A stretch of DNA of 60,335 nucleotides, counting the filler, from Sphacelaria rigidula (taxonomy: Eukaryota), in assembly GCA_964200075.2 (NCBI GenBank). It is 7 parts of 7 records of this genome, joined end to end, with 100 filler letters (N's around TTAATTAATTAA, not from the genome) between each part and the next. Parts side by side here need not be neighbours in the genome. Positions count along the whole stretch, not along the records: positions 1 to 8,535 come from CAXNAA020010861.1; positions 8,636 to 17,170 come from CAXNAA020010862.1; 5 more parts are not named here. One strand, 5' to 3'. The notes under the pieces were generated by a model. That model did not search any database. It worked only from the letters and a program-made list of their open reading frames with translations, and was not told the DNA's origin. Made by a program: the position numbers and the translations under genes. Positions 1 through 11,793 of the stretch are shown here, piece after piece (position 1 is the stretch's first letter; each line of letters starts with the position of its first letter).

Positions 1-599
1 GTGGGGAAAGCACTGTTTCAGGCTTGAACCTCATCTCGGAGTTCAACCTCAATTCGCACAATTTGTTGTTAGGGGTTGATTCCGAAACCCCCGCCGGAAT
101 GGACTGGGGACCTCTTGTTGATTTTCCACACCAGTATCAACCGAGAGAGGAAGTGTATGTTGGTCCCATTCTCGAGGCAGGTCGGATCTAATGTCGAAGA
201 TCTACGTTGCTCTCAAGATAGTTATTTCGTTGTCTGAACCACAGCACCACCGGTTTCGGGGCACGTGGCCGAAGAAAATGAAACAGAGAAGAATTTTCTG
301 GATTTTGGTCGTTGACTGCGTGAGTTCGCTCTCTGCAAATGTGATTGGTTGAGCATCATCCAGGAAAAAAAGAAGTTGAAAAAGCACCATGTTTGCTCGC
401 TGTTATTATACGAGAGACCCAGACCCAAAAAGGTGATATGGCATCATTGGTGGCAAGCATGCAGTATAACATTCGGGGAGGTGATGCAGTCGACATGCTA
501 CGCACGTTTTCCTGATTGCTGTAAACAACGCCACTCCGTGTTTTTTTTCCAAGGACAAGTCTCCATTCACCGTGTCTACCCTCATCGGCACGCCCGGAC

Positions 600-1700
600 T
601 CTCCGCTTTCAGTTCTGCAGGGATTCATAGTCAACATCCGGGAGTGTCTGTAAGGGGAAGGTGGACTCACCTCGTGGAATAGCGTGCATATGTTGCACCC
701 ACCTTCAACCCTTCGTGTTCACAGCAGCAACCATCGCTGAAAACGTCGAGAGCTCACTTCGGAACACTTACAAAATACTTTACTCGATTGCCCCATTATA
801 TCAGTCTAAGCAAACCTCAAACCTCTCTATACGTAGTCCTGTGATGCAATCATATACCCGGTCCGCCGTGGGACGGGTACTCCTGTCGCCCATCGTGGCG
901 TACATTTAATACTGGACGAGCTGGGCGTCAACCGTTTGCGCAAGTGCGCATGTGTGCATGACCCCCAGGTGGTTTCGTGCCGTCTGACTATATCCAGCTG
1001 TTCGCTGCGGAGCACGCAGACATACAGTCATTATTCCACCAATATTGTAGCACTCACTTCCTAGTCAGACACTCACCGGGAGCCATGCCCCCCGCCAAGT
1101 CACGCATCATATCATCGTTCCCACGGAACATGATGTTCTCATCGCCCTCGGCACTTTGGCCTTGTTCGCTATAGTCCCTCCCAGCGGACATATCTTGTTC
1201 TTCATAGTTGGGTCGAATATCCTGCTCCCCTCGATCATCCCTTGTATCTTGCTCCCCTTGGTCATCTTTATTTCCATAGCTGCCAGCACCCGACATGGCT
1301 ACTTGGTTGCCCTCTTGATGTACAGGAACAGTGGGCTTCACCTGGCTGCCGTCTGAGTGGGAAACTACTGTAGTCTAGACGTAGTCTTGAACTCTAATAT
1401 GTGGTGCTCGCCCATGAGAAGGCACGGTACTGTGTGTGCTGTTTTATCACGATGCGCTCCGGATAAATACGTAACCGTCACCGCTGGTAAAACGCCTCTG
1501 CAATGTCTTCGCCTCGAAGACGAGATCCTGACGGTGCATAAGAACTGCGCCCTCAAGGTGCGACGGTATGGGTAACAAAGATATGTCAATACTCACCACT
1601 TCTAAGGCAAGAACTAATGTGGATATAAACATTAAGGATGAAAGGTTGCAGCCACACGACTAAGGGTGTATGTACTGGATATGAAGGATATTGGTTACTG
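600..1700 (-). mobile_element. Highly degenerate Ty1/copia-like remnant (integrase C-terminus and acidic linker)
   Basis: Minus-strand STYTLSRVAATFHP*CLYPH resembles the copia integrase xLNRTATxxNPxxxSP segment, followed by an acidic low-complexity ORF (1054-1341). Many stops; boundaries approximate. Confidence 0.3.
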
Positions 1701-1802
1701 CCGGTCTGAGCAGCTCATGTTGAGTAAATATCCCTCAGAGTTGTAGCGTCTGTCATGCACAGCCAAGATTTCCGGCACAGCAGCATTGGAGTTGCTCGAG
1801 AT

Positions 1803-1960
1803 ATGATGAAGTCCCACGCAGCTATTCTGTGCAGTATTTCAGTGCTACTCTTCACCCCTACTGTTTACCAAGTGTCCGCGTTTCTGGCTCCAGGCGTTGG
1901 ATTCAAGCAACACCGACATGCAGCAACAAGATGCGGTTCACATGTGCAAGAGCTCAACAG
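1803..1960 (+). CDS. Exon 1 of a plastid-targeted CreA-family protein (signal peptide and start of transit peptide)
   Basis: MMKSHAAILCSISVLLFTPTVYQVSA|FLAPGVGFKQHRHAATRCGSHVQELN: hydrophobic signal peptide with an ASAFAP-type cleavage (VSA-FLAP), then a basic transit peptide. Ends at donor AG|GTATAC in phase 2, compatible with the exon at 7690. Confidence 0.72.
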
Positions 1961-2564
1961 GTATACAGTCAGAAACATGCGCCGATCTCGAGGTGACAAA
2001 TCGCGTGGTTGGAGAATCGCAAAACATGGATCTCGATAGGGCATAGCGTTCTGCTTCGCCGGCTCTAGAACGTTTCGCTTTAGTGTACTGTTTGCAGCTT
2101 GTGTGCATCTGAGCACCACAATGATCCCGTTACGTACACAGTGTGTTGTACTAACTCAGTTGTGCAGAAGAGTGAGGACTTTTGTACAGTACAGTACAGC
2201 AGCCAAACATGTTCCAGTCTTGCGCCAAAATTAAAGAACAAAAATGCATGCGAAGGCCCTTACTATACTGTACAACATAATACAGTCCTCCACCAAAACA
2301 AACATTTATCGGAGCAAAATCTAAACACTTGTCGCCCCGACGCGCACGAATGCAACGCGCAACCCCAGATTCAGCGCCATGGACTTGCTGATTGTGTTTT
2401 ACATGACATGCAGCGCCGCGGTAGCGCCGATAGCGCTGGGCATCCTTGCCTCCCGAAGTGAGCACCTCTATGGGCGATATGTTAACGGGTTCTCTGCAGA
2501 TTGTCATCATTTAGAGGGTACTGTATCTCAATACAGACCGATGCTTGCCTGCTAGTAATAGCAC

Positions 2565-2830
2565 AGCAGCCGACCAGCTGCTCATGATGTGGAACTTAGC
2601 GCAACAACGTGTCCAAGTATGCATTCACTCACGGTGCACAAAGTCTGGGCTGCGGGAATGCCGTTTCGAGGGCGTATCGACGGTATTGCCCAAAATCAAT
2701 ATTCGCCTCGTGTATTTTTGAGCACGGCCCGAACGTGTCGCTAATTTCGTACACATGCTCTCGATGTTGTGTCTGACTAGAGGGCCAAATTTCACGGCAG
2801 TTGGTGCAGTTGCGGTGAGGGAATCCACAA
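2565..2830. repeat. Dispersed repeat, shared with about 55530-55800
   Basis: cagctgctcatgatgtggaact...cggtgcacaaagtctgggctgcgg..gccgtttcgagg recurs, diverged, in contig 7. Confidence 0.75.
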
Positions 2831-3343
2831 GCAAAGTTTCTGTTCAAAGGTGGTGAACTGCATCAGGTGCGGTTGCGCTGCGTATCCAACGTACGGAAAC
2901 GCACTGGCGCCATATCTGCACCACTTCGGCAGCATGGCATCGAATTGGACGACAAGTGCAGCAGGGCCCATGAGCCCGTAGCGGGTGAGGGTTCGATACG
3001 TGGCCCTCGGATCCCTTTTGGCGCTGTCGACAGCAGCGTTCATTGCAGAGCGTGGTATCGTGTGGATGCAAAGTGGTGCGCGGGTGTGGGTGTGCGTCGA
3101 CGTCTTGCAGTCGTTCCTGTCAGGATTCAAGGGTGACGAATGCACACTTTTTCATGCGTATTGCAACTTTGCCGACATTTCGGTCTATCATGTCGGAATT
3201 TTCGTTCGACGTTTCTCACAACGAGGCGTGTCGAAGGTTAACCGAAGGTCAACTTCTGTAGTCAAGTGTAACAAGAAACGACAGCTGCCCCTGCGTGGCC
3301 CGTGGCAATCGCGAGAGACTACCGATCTCCGAAATAGTAGGAG

Positions 3344-4560
3344 TTAAGGGTATGTTTTTTTTTTGGACGAAATGTACGACTTTTTCGGCGACAGAAACGT
3401 CCCCTCCGAAAAAGGTGGCAGAAGATTTCTCCACCAGGTTAGGCGATAGTTCCATTTCAGGCTGACTACGGATTACTGCGAAAACCTAGCACATGGTGTT
3501 TTTCAGCAATTTATGTTTACTAAAAGTCTTATACAAGCTCTGATTTCTCAGCAAGTGTTGAATAATTCTGAAAAGTAAGTTCTCTCATCAATGCTCCTAA
3601 AATAGTATCCTTCATCAAGGCCCAAAGTCTAGTTTTCATATCCCCTCGTGCTCCGCCCCGGCGAATGTTGGCTGCAGAACACATGTGCTGACACGACCGC
3701 TCCACGTACACATCCGCTGAAGAGACATGTCATGACGAGTCTCGCCCGCAGGCGAGGGCATGCCGACAATCCATCATTTTCCCTCTTTCGTGTTGTGGGA
3801 ATGCGTTGGGTGACTCACTTGCACAGTGTGCATCGTGACCCTATACCCACGAGCATGGGTCGGAGCGATAAGGCCCAACAGTCCACCCCCTCTTTCAGCG
3901 GGGGGTTTCCATCACCATCTGACACGGGGAGATCATCGCACGGCATCCCATTCTCTAATTGCGGCAAGAACTGCATCACTTGCGCCCCACGGCAAATGTC
4001 CTTTATGAAGCACATATCCCTCGGGGAATGACTGACATGGTGAACATCTGTCCTCCACTTTTGCCATGACAACTCTACCCCGACTGTCACAATGTGTTAA
4101 TCCTTTTTCACTGTCGACACTCCGGAGCTATTTCCACACCATTGCTCCAAATTTTCCCAAACCCTTGTCGCCTTTCAATCAAACATCCAAGTATGGTCAA
4201 GCACCACAGTACCACCGACAATGCTTCGGCGTTGCTCGGTAGCGGTAGATTTTTCCACCTTCAAATTGAAGCACCCGACAGGACATCATACCCACGAAAG
4301 CCTCACTCACCAGCCGGCGCTGCCACAAATGCAGCGAACGCCTACTTGCAGAATTGAAACGATGGTGTCAAGCACCGGCCACAATTTTTGAAAGCCCTGA
4401 CCCTAACCCTGTGGTGGATACGTGATCTTGCGTCATCTTCAGCTTCATTGGTCTCATACATTACCCCCGACCTTGCCAACATCGGTGCGCACCTGAGGGG
4501 AAATGTGGCACGCGCGGTGAACATGAGACGTAGAGGCGAAGGACCGAAAATAGTGTGAGT
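3344..4560 (-). mobile_element. Degenerate Kolobok-type (Mutator-like DDE) DNA transposon remnant
   Basis: Minus-strand IVTVGVELSWQKWR...SHS and (frameshifted) RK*CSSC resemble the IxVSxDGxWQKRG...S..G...KxCxxC signature; upstream CxxC (NCGRC). Possible TTAA|GG terminus at 3344-3349. Other end not found. Confidence 0.35.
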
Positions 4561-7500
4561 CGTGTTCTATTGATATCTCATGGGATAATATCTCAGGAGA
4601 GGAGGACAAGTGGGAGGGCATCGCCTTGGTTATCTGACGTGTCCCCCTTCAAACTTTGAAACGCACGCGCTCTTGTCAACGCGATTCAGCCATAAGGTGA
4701 GAAAACACAGGGTTGATAAGTCCAGGTAAGCACCGTCGTCAGCGCATGAATTGGCAACTTCTGGTTAGGAAACAACGGCACCGGATATTATCGAGCGGGC
4801 AACACTGCACAAAACAAGCACCATCGACACATTTTTGCGAGAAAGTTGCGGGTGTCTTCACCCCAGAATCAGCACAATCATGAGGGCACTGCCTTCCAAC
4901 GGGTCTTGTTAACGAGGAATATTTTACTGCTTTATTGGACTTTTGCCGAAATATTTGACTTTTCCGACGTCATCCAAAACATTTGTTGCTGAAAAGCAAA
5001 TCCACCGCTAAATTCCTGGCAGAAACTACCATCAGGTTGCATCGATCTACTGCCCGTCCTCAGTTAGAAACCGGCTCTCGCATTTTTCTAATAATATTTT
5101 TTTTACCGAAATATTCGGAGATTTCGGGAGGGAAAAACAGATCCGGTAGTACTGCCCCGCAGAAGCGACTGATACGGAGAGAAGGGGCATGGAAAAACAA
5201 ACAGAATGGATTCAAGCCTACACGGCAAGGCGGCATGTTGCAGGCATTGCGCATGCACCGAATTTACCGTTTCATATTTCCTTCTCTTGCTCCTAGCACG
5301 TGGAACCGGCCCCTTCTTCCAGGGGGCAGGGGGGCATGGTCCAGCCCAAGCCGTGAATTTTTCATGTTGGACACTTACGATGGCACATGAATACATGGCA
5401 CGCATATGTTCTTGGTCGAGACGGGGAAGGTGTCAAGGAACAACCACAAAAGAGACCTCCGAAGTCAACCCTATGGGCGCCGGAAGATAGACAACCTCAC
5501 GGAGCAGAAACTGCGTCAAATACTGCAGTGGAGCGGGAAACAAGAAGCAAGCATGGTCGAGGTATATTAGCGACCGCAAGATGGGATTCGTGCACCGAGA
5601 AAGTCAAACATTTCAGCATAACTGCCTCCAAAATAGCAGGTGCTACCGAGAGCAAACGGGGTATAAGAAGAGCAGAAATGGGATAAGCTCACGCGGGAAT
5701 GCAACATGTTAGAGGCGTTGCAAACGTTTTCGATTTGTCAATCCCGAAGTCCATCCCTTGTGTAGCACGACATATCCGCAAAAATCAACAGAACGCTAGT
5801 TCTGCACAAGCAACACGATCCGAGATTTCCAACACATGCCCACCTGACGTTCACAACAGCACTCACCTCAGGGCAACTTCCACCCTATGAATACACGATA
5901 ACCCGTTGCAGATACAACGTAGCGGCCCACAACGTCCGCGCCCCCGTCTCTACCGGAACCAGGAGACGTGGAATCAGGAGACGTGTCCCATGAGGGACTG
6001 CAGTCAGACTACGAATATTTGCAATCGCCCGGCCTTGGCACCCTGCTTCTGTTACCCCACGACGTCGCGTTCACTCCATACCTCTGCCCCTTGCCCTCCG
6101 GTGACTGAACCCCATTTGCACCGATACTCCGGGCGCACCGCCCCTTGCACCTACACTGTATGGGATGGCAACCGTTCTCCGACGTCGCGCAAGTGCAATT
6201 GCGCGAACACTGGTGCTCTTCTGTTGACACAGGGCCGCACCTGCCTACACGACGTTTGGTCTTGCCCGTGGTGTCGATGTACGCGTGCTCGCACACGTTG
6301 AAGACGACGTGGTCGTTCGTGATGGCATCACCTGTCTCACCGAGGTCGTGTTCATGCCCACACACCCACGGACAAGTGGCGCAGTGACGAGTCAACCCGC
6401 TGTGACGTGATCAATTGCTGGTCTCAAATTCGCTAATCCGCTATGGCTGTGGCTGCAGCACAGACGTACGGGGTGCAAAAAACTTCAACCGGAACGGAGA
6501 CACTTGCTGCATGACATGCGAGGTATGCTGGCCAAGAGAAACATTAACAAATGATAACAGCACCGGCAAACGTCCCCAGGTCATCAAGGCGTGCTACCGA
6601 GAACCCTAGCATGAAAGATAACGAAACATATCGACATGCCCATTTGTGCGGTTTCGGTGCGGGAGGGCCGTGCAGAAAAATGAAAGAGCAGTGACCACGA
6701 ACCCCCCTTACAACTGGAGTTTGGCTCAACTGGCGGGATACCGCAACATTCGCCACTCCTTCTCTCGCCCGCAACCTCTCTGGGAACGAGCCTCAACCCC
6801 AGCAATGACTTGGGCGAAACGAAAAAGCAAAATGTATGAGCAGAGGACAACCTAGATGAACATAAGATAGGCCAAAGAGGGACGACCTCTGCAGACTGTC
6901 CAGCACAGGCGATGCTTCTCCAGGGGGCGGTGCCGGGCACAACGCGTGTTCGAGGTTCATTGCTCATCATCAAAACTCGTCACTGCCCCCGCTTACGCTG
7001 CCATCTTTTTGCCAATCCCTACAAACGAGTGTCGTCTCAAAGTCATTCCCACACCCTCTGCTGTTTTCGTTATGATGATAATTTTTCATACAACGCCCCT
7101 CACCTTAGAGCAAGGGAAACACGCCACTCTGACTCGTCACTCCGATCCGCCTGTCCCATCCGAAGCTGCGAATCACTCGGTTCACATATAGTAAAAGTGC
7201 ACTGTCGTGTATTGGTATTGGCGTTGGAAACATTACTATCATCGTGCATTGCATGTGATCTCGGTACGGATAAAAACACCCCGCGAAACGCATCACCGTC
7301 CCCAGGAGGTTTTCATCCACATCAACTTGACATAGCGTGCTGAAAATTATGTAGCAAACGTACTTGCTGCAACGGAATTAAACATATCGAAAATACTGGG
7401 TGTCAGTGTGTCGTTCTAGAAATATGCACCAAAAACACAATCTCTGCGCCATCACAGGACGAACTGATCTTTGATCTCGGCACGGCGAAGCTTTCTGGCT

Positions 7501-7689
7501 GCTCTGTTTTCGATTCGCCACGAACGAACGCTGCGCACGTGTTCCGCACGCAATTGCTTTTCCACAGCTTAGAGACTACACTGTATTCTGAAATATTGCA
7601 GAACTTGATCTGCTGAAAAGTACTCAATGCTGTACTGCCCCTTCCTTTTTCGCTTTTTTTGTTTTGTAACCGCGTGGTTGCTGAAACAG

Positions 7690-7900
7690 CTCCCCCACTC
7701 ACCCGTTACGGCTGGCGATGAGCAGCAGCAGCAGCAGCAGCAGCGTCGGCGACAGACTCGCTGGAGGTCTGAAAAAAGCGGCAGCCGTCGCCGGGATCGG
7801 GCTAGCCCTTCTTGGCCCCCTCGTGTCGTTGCCTGAAAATTCGTATGCTGGGGACAAACGAATGATAGGCGAAATTTCGGCGAGCGGGCTTGTATTCAAG
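7690..7900 (+). CDS. creA: Exon 2 of CreA-family protein (end of transit peptide, lumen-targeting hydrophobic segment, start of CreA domain)
   Basis: SPTHPLRLAMSSSSSSSSVGDRLAGGLKKAAAVAGIGLALLGPLVSLPENSYA|GDKRMIGEISASGLVFK. IGEISASGLVFK matches my recollection of the N-terminus of algal CreA homologues (RxIGEIxxSGLVFKD; E. coli IGSVDTVFK). Good acceptor; donor AAG|GTCCGT at 7901 in phase 0. Remaining exons lie beyond the contig end. Confidence 0.75.
7721..7744 (+). repeat. (AGC)8 microsatellite encoding poly-Ser
   Basis: agcagcagc... run inside exon 2. Confidence 0.9.
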
Positions 7901-8535
7901 GTCCGTGCGTTCATACTCCTTTTTGGTTGAGTTTTTACACGGCAGACTGCGTTCGATGCATTTAGTTGTGATGCGCTCGTTTCGGGGAGTAAATCCGTTG
8001 ACAAGTCATCAGACAGACGCGAAGTATGCGGAGTCGTATGTAAAATCCTGCATGCGTTTCGCCCATTTGATCCATCCGTTCATCTGTTTTCGGAAGCAAC
8101 ACCTATACGACGCCATCCCAACATGTAGCCGTCGTGTCAAGGTGGCTTAACCGATCCTCGTGGAGAACGGTCAGAGTGGAACGCCATAAGTTTTGAATCC
8201 CGACAGGATCGAGCTTGTTCTGGGAGGCGAGGAAAAATCTGCTTCCGTCGTCTCAAGCGTGAAGACGCAAGTAGCGAAAAAAGAAAAAAAGCGTGACAAA
8301 TGTCGACGCGGTGCGGAAGCGCTGATGGTCATGATCCAATCCGCGAGACGTTGAATGCCGTGCAGACACCGATCGAGGTATGGGTTGATACACCCGAGCC
8401 AGTGAACTCGTTTCGAGGAAGAAAAAATGGATTGAGAACAGAATGAAAGAGAAAAAGACATCTTCCGCGCCTGCCGGGTACAGATGTGCAAACTTGATTG
8501 ATACGTCGACCCGGTCCGCTCCGCCCCCCCCCCGG

Positions 8536-8635
8536 NNNNNNNNNNNNNNNNNNNNNNNNNNNNNNNNNNNNNNNNNNNNTTAATTAATTAANNNNNNNNN
8601 NNNNNNNNNNNNNNNNNNNNNNNNNNNNNNNNNNN
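8536..8635. other. Artificial contig linker N44-TTAATTAATTAA-N44
   Basis: 100-nt spacer with stop codons in all six frames; identical copies occur six times in the window. Confidence 0.98.
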
Positions 8636-9499
8636 CTAGTAACATGACATGTTTGGTGTATGCCGCTAAAATATCACGTTGGGGGCAAGCAAATGCAGGA
8701 CGACTGACGGAAGTACGCAAGCATCGGTGCAAACGTTTGTGCAAAGCGAAATCCAGCATTAGTACGGTACAGTACAACACAGTACAGTCGCTTATCATCA
8801 GGTATCAGCTCGGTGTTACACGTCCCACATATCAGTTCGCGAACAGGCGTGTGCAGGGCAGCTAGCACGAAATACGCAAAAAATCTAAAAATACTCCGCA
8901 TTTATATGGCAATGTGTATGGGGCGAAACCTTGCCACAAGTCCGTCAGTTTTTGAGCGACACAAAGTAACATACCATCAAACAGTAAGGCGCGATCGATG
9001 CAGGATGATGGTGAGGGATAACTGGTAGCATTAATATAAAAACAGCACGCCACATCAGGTTACAGGAAAATGGGGTATCGCGTCGGTATCCAAAAGTATC
9101 GTAGTACAACTTATATGCGGTGAATCATGAATCAATCGGCTGCGGCGGTGTGTCTCTCGGTTACAATGTGTCAAGGCACAAGCAAGTTTGGATAGCAGCA
9201 GACCGATGACAGTACTTGGTGCGGGGGATTGCACTTTAGATACCACCGCTGCAACCCGAGCATCATACTCAGTCGATTCATGGTCTCATGCATTCCAGTA
9301 TCAGTTGATTCACAGGAGAATGATTAATGATATCATGCAGGTTGCAGAAAGATGGGTATCAGCTTGGTTTATGCACTGCGCAAGCGTTGTGATAACGCTA
9401 TTTCAGGTGATGGGGTGCACACAGCAGATGACCTGCTTTTATACCCCCAGTTCAACTGCAACAGACAGTAAATAGGAGTACATCAAAAGTTTGATTTAA

Positions 9500-10750
9500 A
9501 CATTCAAGGCAGAAGGTACCTCCGATTTTTCAACAGTGCACAGCAAGCTCCAAATCAAGCGGGCCCCATCGCAAGAGTATCCCTGGATCATGATAGAGGT
9601 ATACATGTGTGCGCTTGCTACAGACACGTTGTAGTCGTGCATAGCTGCCGTAAAACGCGGTTTCACGTGGACGAGGATAAGCGCTGCATGGATGCGGTAG
9701 CTTGACTCCCGCGAACAGCAATGAGCTCGACATCATTTCGGCACATATATATATATATATATATCGGGCTACATGAACAAACAGTCCAGCTTTTGACAGC
9801 ATTTACGGTTCATCACATTATTGGCTCTTACCCAGATGCAGCATGCAGCAAGCCTTATCCACACGGTATCCAGTAAGCCGTGAAATCAATCCAAGTAGGT
9901 AGCGCAATGTTATCAGCATGATCCATCATTCCCTTTCCCTCCACAGGTTATAGATTGTTATGACAAAGAGTGAGGTTGGCTGTTGATTCATCACCACCTT
10001 CAAATCTAAAAAACGCTTGAATTCAAGCTTGTCACAAGGTTATTTCCCGAGGGGCGGCGAAATAGGATTCAAATACCCGCATTATACCCTGAAATGTATA
10101 CAGTATATATTGGGTGTACATAACATGTGATGTCCGTCAGGTCAGCAGACTAGGTTGAGGTTCCCTTTCGAGACACGGTCTGCAGGCATTGCATGATGAG
10201 CTAACTCGCATCACAGCCATAGCTATTATTCACCACTGTAGCGTAGTAGAGCAGAACGGGTGTCTTGCCTTCGTGTGGAAACATCATTTCAAAATGTTGG
10301 GGGACGTCGTCAACCGAAAGATATGGGTCACATGCGCACAGAAATCTTTTTATGTGTCCACGAGTTTTTGTCAGACGCGTAGGGAAACGATGTCAAACAT
10401 GTTGCAGAGCGGGGAATTGTACTTCAAATACGCTTTATACTGTCAAATAATCAAATAAGGCACAGTTTGTTTATTCGTCACTACATGCGAGGTTATCGTT
10501 TGAGGTGAACGAAGATTTTTCATATATGGCGACTGAAGCATTATGGTGGCTGACACTTCGTTGAAACAGAGCATTTTGGAAATCGCAAGAGGAGTGATCA
10601 ATACGTCGCAGTTGACAACAGTCGACACAATAGTCCCGGTTGGAAGCACCATGATACAAACGGAATGGTGATGGCCATAGTGGTCGTCCACATGCATGTC
10701 TCTACTGTACAAGTCGAGTACTAGAGCGAAACAACAACAGGATTTCGGTC
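9500..10750 (-). mobile_element. Highly degenerate Ty1/copia remnant (protease to integrase)
   Basis: Minus-strand fragments in copia order: HGASN (DSGAS-like), CNAC, NPISPPLG (GPISP-like), PHPCSA...FYGSYARLQRVCSKRTHV (NRxPH...YG..A.L..L...G.RAFVH-like). Numerous stops. Confidence 0.45.
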
Positions 10751-10934
10751 ATGCAGGTTACGAGGTTTTGCTAGCTCATGCAAATATGACTTACTTTTAC
10801 TATTATATATGGTTACACATTTCACCATTCCATTTGGCACAGTTCGATTTTACTATCATGTCAACCTTCTAGCATCCTCTCGCTGCTGGAATCAAACATC
10901 TTACTGTCTCACCGTTACTCTTGAAACAATCGCA

Positions 10935-11306
10935 AGCTCACAGCATGTGGACAAGTCCAACGTAGAATGACACAGGACGAACGTCACGATATGCTTGGTC
11001 ACAGATCAAGGCCGATTTCTTTTCCCTTTCTCTCATTGGTGGGGTGTCGAGACTTCGCACTTCCGAAAAGGAGTGGACACCAGGGTGCACCCGATTGGGT
11101 CGGTCCTCGGAAAGAACCGGATCCAACCAGATGTAAAGAGGCATGTTTACGTATTCCGTCTCTCGACGGATTTACATAATGCCTCACCCCTGACTGCGGT
11201 ACTAGCCAGTTCGCGCAATCAGCCCTCCGGACGCGTAAGTCGTTTTGAACCGACGGCCCATCATTGTACGACCCTTATCCACCACGCCACGCCGCGATCC
11301 GTAACA
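10935..11306 (-). repeat. 3' LTR of contig-2 gypsy element
   Basis: Minus strand reads PPT gactgaggggggg (about 11319-11307) directly followed by TGTTAC. Distal end approximate. Confidence 0.65.
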
Positions 11307-11506
11307 CCCCCCCTCAGTCCTAGGGTTGAAAAACCCTGGGACTGAACGTGGTTCACACGATGGATCGCCGCGTTACCATGTCCCTCTTCCCGAGTACTCG
11401 GCGTCTTGGTGTAGCCGTCGATCTTGAAAATCGTTCTGCTGGGATATACCGCGTACGGCATGTCAACACCGCGCAGGAACGATTCTATCCCGCCCAGGGG
11501 GGGGGT

Positions 11507-11793
11507 CCTTGATCTTGTTGACCACTCTGCCGGGTTAGACCACGTTAGGAATTTAAACACCATACAGAAACGATCCCATCCAGGCCGGAGAAGGCCTTGA
11601 TATTGTTGACCGCTCTGTTGTGTTAGACCACGTAGGGAATTTAAACACCGTACAGAAACGACCCCATCCAGTCTGGAGAAGCCCTTGATATTGTTGACCG
11701 CTCTGCCGGGTTAGACCACGTAGGGAATTTAAACACCGTACAGAAACGATCCCATCCAATCCGGAGAAGTCTCTGATCTTGTTTACCGCTCTG
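11507..11793. repeat. 88-bp tandem repeat, about 3.3 copies, between pol end and PPT
   Basis: Units start at 11507, 11595, 11683, 11771 (ccttgat.ttgttgacc.ctctg..gttagaccacg..ggaatttaaacacc.tacagaaacga.cccatcca..ggagaag). Confidence 0.95.

Larger units (their letters stand above)
1961..7689 (+). other. Predicted 5.7-kb GT-AG intron 1 of the CreA-family gene, filled with transposon remnants
   Basis: GT at 1961; pyrimidine tract ccttcctttttcgctttttttgttttg and acceptor ...gaaacAG at 7688-7689; phases match (AG+C = Ser). Confidence 0.6.

Noticed and set aside
1-560. Coding-like fragments at the start of contig 1
   Set aside because: Broken by stops and frameshifts, with no family motif I can recognise.
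1755-2039. 94-aa ORF as a complete single-exon gene
   Set aside because: The signal peptide begins at ATG 1803 and a donor at 1961 splices in phase to 7690; the remainder is likely intron read-through.
11507-11793. CRISPR-like array
   Set aside because: Whole 88-bp units repeat with no unique spacers, no cas genes are present, and the array lies inside a retrotransposon.
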